From assembly GCF_009914755.1 (NCBI RefSeq), contig NC_060947.1: a stretch of DNA of 64,000 bases; one strand, given 5' to 3'. Shown piece after piece: positions 12,787 through 23,558 of this stretch. Position 1 is the first letter of the stretch. Every line of letters begins with the position of its first letter. The position numbers and the translations under genes are program-made. This DNA comes from the human T2T-CHM13v2.0 reference genome, Homo sapiens. Below the pieces are notes generated by a model that saw only the letters and a list, made by a program, of their open reading frames with translations, was not told the DNA's origin and did not search any database.

Positions 12787-14229
12787 TTAGCATATTTTAT
12801 TCACGTGTCATGTGGCAGAACAGCCAGATTATTGACATTTTATTTTTTTCACCAGGTGTTTTATTTTGGCTTCATGTTGCAAGCCTCAAAAAAAGGAAGC
12901 TCTTTTGACTGTGCAGTGGGGAAAATAATTAAGTTTCATTCTGCTGAGAGGCCGTGTCAGCAACACTCAGTAAAAAATGCAGGGTAAGGTGTAGAATATG
13001 AAAATTGCAATGTGCTAACAAATGGAAAACTTTCCACTGTCAACAAATTAGAGTGCTCCAGTACTCTTCCAAACACTTCTTGATTATTTTTGCTTTTCAT
13101 TGTGAATTCTGAGACCAGCCTGGAGTGAGGAGAAAGAGGAAGCCAAAGTAGAAACAAAGAACAACATTTCCTGTCCTTTTGGAAAACTTTCATAGGGCCA
13201 CGTGGAACGTCCTGTCACGAAATATGCTTTCTGTCCTATTTTGTCTTAGCCTAGTGGGCGAGCTGAGATCTTCCAGAAGTGGATTTTGCAAAGACATCCA
13301 GGCTAGCTGGTAGTATGTCCCCATCACTATCTATAATGTAATTAAAGTTGTTATGTTTGTGGCTTGTCATCTATCCAGTAGGATTAGTATTCATCTTGAA
13401 AAGCAGAAGCTACTGAAAAGAATTAAGGGTTCCAAAAGCAACTTTGATGTGGAGTGTTCACATAAGGAACTCTAATCAGAATGTTAAAAAAAAAAAAAAA
13501 GAAGACAAAGTACTTGCCCTTAAAGAGCTTGCAGTCTGTTTGGCAGCATCAAGCCTACATGCATGAGAAAAGTTGAAAATAGCAGATAATAATTTAATTC
13601 AGTACTTCTCAAAGTTGTTGTTTAAAGGAAAAGTCAGCTCACCAGAGTCTGTGGGAGCTTTTCTGAAAAACAAAACAAAATAAAACTTTACCAGTGAGAT
13701 ATTTCTTTAATGTTTCCTGTCTACTCAAAAATCCAGCCTATTTCTCAACATGTTCAAGTGTGTTTTACAATAAAAACTATTTCACCTGTTCACCAATCTT
13801 AAAGTAAAATTGACACCCCACGAAGATACAATGCATTTTTACTGTGGTTTTATGCTTTCCAACACTACAATGATGGGGATATGCATATCTCATTTTGAAA
13901 AGCATAATGTTAACTTGTATTTTCTCAGATTACCTCTTCGTGTTAGAGCACAGGTCTTCTTCATCTCAAAAGACTTTGGTATAGGTAGTATTAAGAAATG
14001 TGGTAAGCTGTTGAGAAAAATATTTTTGTGGAAGGGAGTCTCTAGTGTTTTTTTCTCTCATGTCTTTTTGGTAGCACTGTAAAAGTGTTATAAAGGCCAG
14101 GGAGGACTTCTACTCGGAAATGTGATAATAATTGGTTAGGAATAACTAGAAAGTAACCACAAGATAGTCTGCTTCATTTAGTCTTGAAGCAGACTATCAA
14201 GAGTGAATTATTTTATGCTTTTTTTGGTG

Positions 14230-14782
14230 ATATTAGTATTCTATTGGTATTAACTGCAACAGATTATCACACATTTAGTAGTTTAACACAACACAAACTT
14301 ATTATCTTACAGTTCTGTACATCAGGAGTCTGAAATGCATCTCACTGGGCTAAAATCAAGATCTGTGGCACATGGAACCACATGTGGGACAAGAGGTAGA
14401 GTAAGTTTGTGTTCCTTTCTGGGGGCTCTAGAGGGCATCTGTTTTCTTGTCTTTTCAAGCTTCTAAAGGCCTGGCCACATTTCTTAGCTCATGGCCCCAT
14501 TCCTTTTTCAAAGCCAGCAATAGGTGTTCAAGCCTTTCTCACATTGCATTACCCTGAAACTGACACTTCTGTCTTGCTCTTTCGCATTTAACAGCCCTTG
14601 CAGTTACATTGGGCCCACCCAGATACTCCAGCATAATCTCCTTATCTTAAAGTGAAAAACTTATTAGTAACCTAAATTCCTTCTGATACCTTAGTTTTCC
14701 TTTGCCATATAATTTATCATATTCACAGGTTCTGGGGATTCAAGCATTGACATCTTTGGGAGACAATTATTCTGCCTACCAT
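14230..14782 (-). mobile_element. MaLR solo LTR, MLT1C/D-like, containing a foreign ~45-bp insert
   Basis: aacacaaacttattatcttacagttctg...ctcactgggctaaaatcaag; ends attattctgcctacca. Confidence 0.85.
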
Positions 14783-15994
14783 GTGCATTTAAATTGGCTT
14801 TCTCTCTCTGAGACTGGAGAAGAACCTTTTTCACCCTTGTATGTGCCTATTTCAAAATGGCAAGAAAATCTGTACTCCAATGGGAGAGGATTTTTATGAA
14901 TGTATTCGTAAGTATGCTTGTGTCCAGGTTGAGCATTGATGAATAGAAAAATTAAAGGGCTTGCTTTTTGTAAGCTTTTGGCAAGTCTCTTTAGGAGAGA
15001 CACATATTTTTGAAGATTTAGTAGATTTTTGTTTTGCTGTTTTGTTTTGGCTTGATTTTTTTAAATGGAGGACTTCCTGGGTAAGAAGAAGGAAGGATCA
15101 ATCACATCATTCCTCCCTAGCATGCCATACAAATATTCTGATTTTTATGTGTGCCATCATGTGAAGGTGGTTGGGAAGCACTGCCTTAATCTACCTCTCT
15201 TCCCATGTGTGGTTCCATGTGCCACAGACTGAAAAAACAGTGTTCTTTGTGTGAATGCCTGTGATATTTTGTGAATTGTTCAAATTCTGTCTCATACGCT
15301 TTGTTAATTATTTCTGATTTTTAAGTCTTATATTCCCATTTACAGCATAGTTTGTTCAATGAATGGAACCTATAATTTTTATTTTATTACTTATGTCGTG
15401 GATCTGAATAGGTTGCTCACAAGGAAAACACAGAATGATTTTTAAACTAAATTTGCAGAATGACAAAAATTTCTCCTATGATGAAAGAGTGTAGTAAGGG
15501 TTTGCTCTTGAGGTTCTGATGCCTGGCACTTAATGAATTGAATGAAAGACTTGTTATGATTTATTGCTCCTTAGGCTAGAAATACCAATCCCACCACTTG
15601 AGGAGCCTTCCTGATTGGTTTGGTATAGGGAATCGTTCCAGTCCAATATTCCCATTCAGTCTTATTCCCCTTCCCTTATATATGCTACCATAATCAGTGT
15701 GGTGACTAACTACCAATCAGATTTCAATACATAATGCTATACTTTTGAATATGTGTTAATCAGGCATTTTTGTTAGATATATAAGAAGCAGTTAAATATT
15801 AAATATGTACCAGATCTTTAGTATATCCTTTGTGCTAGTCATCTTTTGGAAGGCAGGGTTGAAGTAATCTGAGGGAATAGGGGCTTCATCCAACCTAGAG
15901 TAGTTAGCAACTGGTTAAGCGTGTGCTATGAGACTACTGCAGATTCAACCCCTTTAAGAACAACTTAGTTAAATGCATAATTGTATTTTTAATC

Positions 15995-16205
15995 ATCAGT
16001 TTATTGATCTCTAACGATTGGCTAGACAATATGCTAAGCATTTTATATATATTATTGCATTTAAATTTTTCAACAACTATGTGAGTTAAACACTATTACT
16101 ATACCCATTAACATTTAAAGGAACTGGTACTCAGAGAAGTTTAGTAAGTTGTTCAAGGCCATATAGACAATAAGCAGTAGAATCATAATTTAAGTTGTGA
16201 TGTAT
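15995..16205 (-). mobile_element. MIR
   Basis: atgctaagcattttat...aaggaactggtactcagagaagtttagtaagttgttcaaggccatatag. Confidence 0.75.
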
Positions 16206-16211
16206 ATGAAC

Positions 16212-16730
16212 TTAAGTTCACCTTATAGCAGAGCCTGTGAAAAAATCTTGGATCAAGGTAACTTATTTGGTATATGATTTAACAAGCAGAGTAAGATGGT
16301 AGAAAAAGACAAGAAAGAAGAAAAAGCTGACACAAGAGTGCATTTTTAAGTCACTACTGTGAGCAGCAGGGGCTGAATTACACTGAAACCTGAGAAGCAT
16401 ACAAAATACCTTCCAGAATAATCTACTTGAAAAGATAGCTAGAAAATATATTAACTGACTCTCATCCTCCAGTAGTTAAGGGTTGTCCCTGGGAGCATTA
16501 ACTCAACTGCATTTCTGGGCTGCAATTTTTCTAGGAACAAATTGGCTCCAGAGGCATGAGAGAAGGCCTTGGGGCACAAAGCAGAAAGACCTTAAGCTTT
16601 ACAGGCTTGAGGTAGGACAGCTGCCTGCAGAAAGTTGTCTGAACACCTGTGGAATTGTATGCCACAAAAGCAGCTGAAAGTAAAGATGGACTAAGTGGCT
16701 GTGGCATGTGGCACCAAAACCATCTGTTAT
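16212..16730 (-). mobile_element. Old ERVL-type LTR (LTR33/LTR16-like)
   Basis: agcagagcctgtgaaaaaatcttggatcaaggtaacttatttgg resembles the antisense poly(A)-signal end; heavily diverged. Confidence 0.5.
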
Positions 16731-17076
16731 GGAACTCTAATGCTTGTGTTCTAAACCCTGATTCTATTTAAAAACAAGCTGTTCATTCTTTCTATTTGTT
16801 GTACCCATTTTATAATCCTACTGGCAAAAGTTTCACTCTACATGTTTTCTAATACTTTCCCAATATATTAATTTTATTTTTCCCCAAATATTAATTGAAC
16901 TCCTACTATGTTTCAGATGCCTTACAGTATTCTGAAGGCCTACAGACAAAAAAAAAAACAACTGTGTTGCCCTTAAGAAAATATTCATTTCAGTGATTAT
17001 CTGACAATTACGTGTGCGTGCCTCAGTGAAAAATAACCACCATTACAGGACAAAGAACTAAAATGATTACTTAGAC

Positions 17077-17095
17077 TGTGTGTGTGTGTGTGTGT

Positions 17096-17126
<31 letters not shown>
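17077..17126. repeat. (TG)n microsatellite with one TC interruption
   Basis: Directly visible. Confidence 0.97.
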
Positions 17127-17854
17127 ATATTCCAGTCTGTAAAGTCTCCATTTTGAAATTGTAAATGAAAACTGATTAGAATCAGAGTTAGAATTTGTTG
17201 GAATGTATGTAAAGATTTTAGGAATCAAGTAAGAAGGCCATTGAACGTGGAGGTGGAAGATTGGGGGTAGGTAAAACCTATCAGCATGTCAAGCTGTTTT
17301 TCTCCTGACAGAATATTCAGAATGTACTTGCCTTCACATTCCATAACCTTGAACTCTTCTTGACACAGCTATTAGAGCCAGGCCTTTGAATAGCCTGTCT
17401 CATAGCATTAGAACCCAATGTCTGATTTCCTGACAATGATCAGACCCTCAAAGTATATATATGATCGTGGGGTGGGTTTGTGTGCATACATTCATGCCTT
17501 CCTGTCTATATATTAAAGAATGAAAGACAGACATGGGCCAGATGTGCTTGAAATACTTAAACTGCTGTTCACAGTATATTTTATTATTTAAGGCCCAATG
17601 GGGCAGAATCCCAGCAATGTATTCTTCACATTAGTTTGAAATAGTATTTTAAAGCCTCACCAAGCTGCTCTGTGTTGTGAGTAATTGGTTGTGTGATATG
17701 AAGACTGTTGGAGAAGAAACTCTCTTCCAAAGTAATCTGTTCTACCAAAGTATTGCACTATCTTAAAATTCACCGTTAGCCATAACTTATTTTCCCACTA
17801 GTTTTCTTTGGGATGGTGACACTTAATTCCTTAATATGACACTTTGCCAAGAAA

Positions 17855-18082
17855 GACAGCATGGTAAAATGATGAGAGTAGAAGATGTAGATTCAGACTA
17901 TGACTTTCAGTACCATTTACTGGGTAACAAGCAATTTATTCTCTCTAGGAAGATTATGTTTTTCAGTCTTTGAAAAGAAAGTTGATCATTCTTACTAGTC
18001 AACAGTAATGAGAGAATTAATGACGTGTGTGAATATGCCTAGCAGAGTGCCTATGCAGTAATTGCTCAATAAAAGCTAGTAT
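17855..18082 (+). mobile_element. MIR
   Basis: gacagcatggtaaaatgatgagag ... gcctagcagagtgcct ... gctcaataaaagctag. Confidence 0.7.
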
Positions 18083-19049
18083 TTTTTCCTTCATTCTATG
18101 AAAAGAAGGCTGAGAGTAGTGCAAGGGTTGCAGAAAGAGGGAGTAACAAGCTCAGAAATATGCAATTACTTTAGGACTGAGGATTAATCCTGGATTTTAG
18201 CTATTAGTAATGGCCAGTATGGTTGGAGGAAGAGGTAGATGTTTTTACAAAAGGCATAGACCCAAAAGCCTTTTTCCTTTTTCTGCCTATTGCCTTTTTC
18301 TCTCTTAGTTCTGTGCCTCATCAAGAGACTGTTAATTCAACTTAAGTTTTATGTAACATAGCAAGAATGATATAACCAGCTGAGCCTTGGAAGTTCTGTA
18401 TAAACTGAAGGGAAGGTGCAGTTATACTCAAGAAGAATATCCAGCAGTTCAGTAGCAGATTGTTGCACTCCCTTCCCCCAACCACTACCTTTCCTCTGTA
18501 GGCTTGAGATGTGTGTTCATTTAAGAAAAGGTCAGGAAATAAAGCTTCAAAATTTTGGTCAGACAACTCCAATTAACTCTCTAGGACCAGACACCCTGCT
18601 CTTCATTATGCTGAGCAGTCATCAGAGTTCTCTGAGGTGAGGGCATACTAATGGCACTTGACAGGGTTCTCTGAGTCAGGTCGGGCATGCAATAGAAAGA
18701 TAAGGGCAACAGAAACAACATGAATTAATTTTAGCCATCAGGGGTGAAGGGATCTTTATAAACAAAAAGAAGAAACCCCATTATTTAAAAAGGAGGCTGA
18801 TACAATATAATGGCCTAAGCTATTGAAGCTTTGATTAAAATGTATTTATGCCTTTTAAGACATAAAGTAAGTCATAGGCAATTTGGAAAAAAAATACAAC
18901 TTTATTTTTAGGGATAACAGTGTTTACTGATAGGAAACTGAGATAAGAAGTAAGTTTTCCAACTGAACTTTTCTATTAAATTTCTTTTTGATTTTGAGTA
19001 TGACAATTTTTTTGATTTTTGATATAATAGAGTTGATTAAAAAAAAGAA

Positions 19050-19210
19050 TTGTAGATTGGAAATTAGCATTCAGATGATCTGGGTGCTAATCCCTAATCT
19101 GCTCATGTTCAGCTATATAACTTTGAGCAAATAATTTAATCTTTATATGCAAAATAAATATATTTAGAACAGATGACCTCTAAAGTCCTTTTTACATCTA
19201 GCATTCTATA
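19050..19210 (+). mobile_element. MIR3-like SINE
   Basis: cagctatataactttgagcaaat ... agatgacctctaaagtcctttttacatctagcattctat. Confidence 0.65.
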
Positions 19211-19849
19211 AATTTCTCTCTCAGTCAAGAAAATTACTAGTCAAAATGAGATTGTATATGCATTTGCAATACATTATCAGAAATTCCAGAGCTAAAGGAA
19301 ACCCTAGAGTTAATCTTTTCTGAATATATTATGCTTCATTGACCTTAAAATATATTCAAAGAGATTTGCAATATTATCTATAAACTAGGCCAATTAAAAT
19401 TTTAAGAAGGAAAAGCAAAATCCATTAGAAGGAAGAAATGTGTATGTTCAGAACCCATAGATGTATTAATGCCAAAGTTTGAACATGAAATTTGGTTCTG
19501 AGCAGCCTGGTAGCCAAGGGAAAAAGTGAACTAAATTGTGTTATATTTATCTCATTACCACCTAGAATGAAATACAAAACTTGGTATTGAAAAGGAAAGT
19601 TTTTTGACCCTGGCGTTAAAATTCTATAAGGATCTGTATATATGGGACTATGGATAACATCACACAATGAAAAATCTCTCTTAAAAAGTCTTGGAAACAC
19701 ATAAAACTGTTTCCTCATGTTAGTGTTCTCATCAGAAAGTTTGAGATAATTATAAAAAATCAATAGATATAGATCTACAAATGGGCATAGATCTGGAAAT
19801 GGAGATATTCTTTATCAAAGATGGAGAATCTATTAGCTAACATGGGCTA

Positions 19850-20140
19850 AAATTTCAGGGGTGGGTCAAGAGCCTCAAATAATATCCTCTGCACTAAATC
19901 TTTCTCTTTTCATCCGAGTTGACTTCATTATCAGGCAAGAGTGGCCACTGACAACTCTAGGTTCACATTCACTATGTAGTCAATGATTCCAGAGAAGATA
20001 TCCTCTTTCCCAAGAGTCTAGGCAAAGTCCTGAACATAAATTTCATTAATCAAGCTTATATTATGTGCCCATCACTGCAGCGAGGGTAAAGAAATGCTTT
20101 CATTAGCCAGGTGTGGGTCAAGTGTACATCTCTGAAAGAA
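19850..20140 (-). mobile_element. Old MaLR LTR fragment (MLT1J/K-like)
   Basis: gacttcattatcaggca..tggccactgacaactctagg; ttcattagccaggtgtgggtca. Confidence 0.5.
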
Positions 20141-21316
20141 AGCTAGAGACGTAGGACAGAGGAAGAAACTGCTAGGTATCAATTACAATCAAATCATTCA
20201 CAAAGTTGCTTGGTGAGCAGGAAATGATGGCAAGGAAATTTAATCGAACTGAAATGTTCAATGTAGCAAGATAAGATAGATTAATATATTCATTTTATCA
20301 CAGAAATACCCTTACCAATTAGATGAGAGTTCTCATAGTTCAATGACCAAAGTTCCTTCTTCTCTATAAAATTAATATTTCCCCCCACCACTAAATATTT
20401 TCTGTGCTTCTTGACTACCAAACTCTCTCTTGATTGACAGCCATCCCTTAGATATATTAATACATTCAAAAAATATATGAACTCTTGTTGTCCTGGGAGT
20501 CTTTAGCAGACTGCATATATTTTCTCTGATCCTTTAGGTGTTCGTTCTTTTGTTTAATTCTGAGAGGGCAAAAAACCAATTTATTGGTTTCTTAATCAAA
20601 AGAAAAAATATCAAACATAGAATATCTGGCTTAGAATAAAACTGCCTCTGAATGGATCTATGTATTCCAATACAGTTTGACCATTAAACAGGATGGTTTT
20701 CTACATTGATTATATTTACAAAATTTCCTAATGTATTAAACCAATACTATGTACCAGATTCTGCCTTAGTGTCATTGGTCAGTTTAAAAATGAGTGGAAT
20801 GTGATCCCTCTTTTAAAATTTATTGAGAGAGAAACATTTTATGCAAGTCACATAGAGGATGCATAATGGAATAGGGGTAATAGAGGGAGATTTTAAAAGA
20901 AAAGTCAGCACTATGATATAGAGAGATTGTTTCAAACTACATGTCAATGGTATGTTTTTGACTTTGCAGTGTGTAGCACAGGTCTGAGGTCTGTTTATCA
21001 AATACTTCCTTATCATATGATCTTATTGCTATAGATATTCCACTTGCAACTTTTTAAAAGACAGCATCTTTTATATACTCTTATTGCAAAAGCGTTGTAT
21101 GCATATTACATGAAAGCCAGAAAATACAAACTAAAGACCCAAGAAAACCCACATAGTTCCTCTAACGTAGTGGAAGCTTAATCATATTAAATTATTGTTT
21201 TATATGTCAATATGTATGCATTTCTGTATTTGTGTGTGTGTGTACACACACAAAGAAATTCTGTCACAAGGTACGTGCTGTTTTGTAACCTGCTTTTTTG
21301 CATACTTAAGAATATG

Positions 21317-21796
21317 TAAACATACGTGTGCATGTGTCTTTATAGCAGCATGATTTATAGTCCTTTGGCTTGGAACCAACCCAAATGTCCAACAATGATA
21401 GACTGGATTAAGAAAATGTGGCACATATACACCATGGAATACTATGCAGCCATAAAAAATGATGAGTTCATGTCCTTTGTAGGGACATGGATGAAATTGG
21501 AAACCATCATTCTCAGTAAACTATCGCAAGAACAAAAAACCAAACACCGCATATTCTCACTCATAGGTGGGAATTGAACAATGAGATCACATGGACACAG
21601 GAAGGGGAACATCACACTCTGGGGACTGTTGTGGGGTGGGGGGAGGGGGGAGGGATAGCACTGGGAGATATACCTAATGCTAGATGACGAGTTAGTGGGT
21701 GCAGCACACCAGCATCGCACATGTATACGTATGTAACTAACCTGCACAATGTGCACATGTACCCTAAAACTTAAAGTATAATAATAATAAAAAAAA
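21317..21796 (+). mobile_element. Young 5'-truncated and 5'-inverted L1 (L1PA2-type); 21317-21368 is antisense
   Basis: ORF2 C-terminus WNQPKCPTMIDWIKKMWHIYTMEYYAAIKNDEFMSF; 3'UTR with GAG diagnostic (gatgacgagttag) and acttaaagtata; TSD aagaatatgta at 21308-21318 and 21795-21805. Confidence 0.96.
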
Positions 21797-22454
21797 GAAT
21801 ATGTAGAGTTTCTATTTGACTTGCATAACATTGTATTAGTATTCTCATTTCTGATAAGGAACATCTGATGCTTGATGTAGAAGTTTTCAGTCTTTGGCAC
21901 AAAGTTTTGTTTTATCTTTATTTAATATCTTTGTTTAGCACTTCCTTCCTGGGTTTGTTTTGTCAGCCTTTATGAATTTAAGGATATTGTTTGTTTTTTC
22001 TTCATCATCACCATCATCATTATCAATAATATATATTGAATGTTTATTACATGTCAGCTACTTCTAAAAGTTTCACATGGATGCTCATTTAATACTTTAA
22101 AATTAGCTTTAAAGTGGTCAGTATAATTAATGAATTTTATAAATGAAGTAAGTAATTCCAGAAATGTTTAAATGCTTACAGGAGGTATGTTTTGTTTTCT
22201 AGTCTCAACCACCTTTGATATGGTTTATCCTATTGCAAAAAAGCAATGATTGCCCTTTTTCTTCAAGCTAAGTTGATTTAAAAGTAAAAGCATTAAGTGT
22301 GGGTAAAACAGTCATTTTAAAATGATGAAAGATGCATTCCACAGTGATAATAAATATCTTCACAAAATAATTATCAAAAGATAATATAATAATGAATTAT
22401 CAAATATGTGAAATATTTGATAAGTCACAGATTTGTAAAGCACAAATACGCATA

Positions 22455-22700
22455 AGTAATTAAGGGTATGTAATCTGAAACTAGATATCCTGGGTTTAAA
22501 TCCTGTTTCTACCACCAATTAGCTGTGTGACCTTAACCAAATTATTTATCCTCCATTTTCACTTATTTTCTCATCTGTAAAACGAGATAGTAAACATATC
22601 TACCTCACCTCACAATATTGTTGTGAGGATTAAGTGAGTTGTTATATGTAAAGCACTTAGGATGGTTTCTGAAATATTGTGAGGGCTTAGAGTTTACAAT
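22455..22700 (+). mobile_element. MIR
   Basis: cctgggtttaaatcctg...tagctgtgtgacctt...ctcatctgtaaaacgag...gttgtgaggattaagtgag...gtaaagcacttag. Confidence 0.88.
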
Positions 22701-22884
22701 TATAAACTGCTGAAAATATGAAGAGAGATAGAAATAGAAGTGTTTCTACCAATAAATTTCAGTCTATGAGAGAGAAGTAGAGAATAAGAATAAATATTTT
22801 CTGAATAACACAATAAGTGTGATATAATTAGACATATGCAATTTTATATTCTGAAAATCAAGAAGTCTTTTTAACGTAAACACC

Positions 22885-23494
22885 TGTGGTAGGCAGATGG
22901 ATTCACAAAGATTCACCCTTGGAAGTGGTGAATATGTTATTTTACCTGGTAGAAGAGACTGTTATTTTACCTGGTGGAAGAGACAGATAAAGGTAAGGCA
23001 TGCACTTTAAGATAGGAAGATTATCCTGGATTATCCAGGTGGGCTCAACCTAATCATATGAACCCTTTAAAGCGGAGAACATTCTCTGGCTGGTGTCAGA
23101 AAGATGCAGTAGAAGAACCAGAGAGATCAACAGAAGTTAGAGAAATTTGAGGGATGAGAAGGAATTGACAAAATCATTGTTGGTTTAGAGATGGAGGAGG
23201 TCATGTGACAAGAATGACAATCAGCAGGAAATTGAGAACCTCAATATTACAATTGCAAGGAATTAAGTTTTGCCAACAATCTAAATGAGCCTGGAAGTGA
23301 ATTCTTCCTACATCCTCTCGATAAAAGCCCTGCCTGACTAACATCTTTATTTTGACTCTGTGAAACCCTAAACGGAGAACTAGTTGAGCCACCTGTGCTT
23401 AGATCCTTACCTACGGAAACTGTGAGATAATTAATTTATGTGTTAAGCTGCTAAATTTGTAGTAATTCGTTGCACAGCAATAGAAAACTAATAT
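22885..23494 (+). mobile_element. MaLR solo LTR, MLT1E-like
   Basis: Starts tgtggtaggcag; ttatcctggattatccaggtgggc; ends cagcaatagaaaactaata. Confidence 0.85.
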
Positions 23495-23558
23495 GGCACC
23501 ACATTACTTTTATAAAAAGTGCATAGATGACAAAGCAAACCTCAAAAGAATCCCCTAG

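Noticed and set aside
20573-20590. Short hairpins (also 36708-36726)
   Set aside because: 8-bp stems are expected by chance in 64 kb of AT-rich DNA
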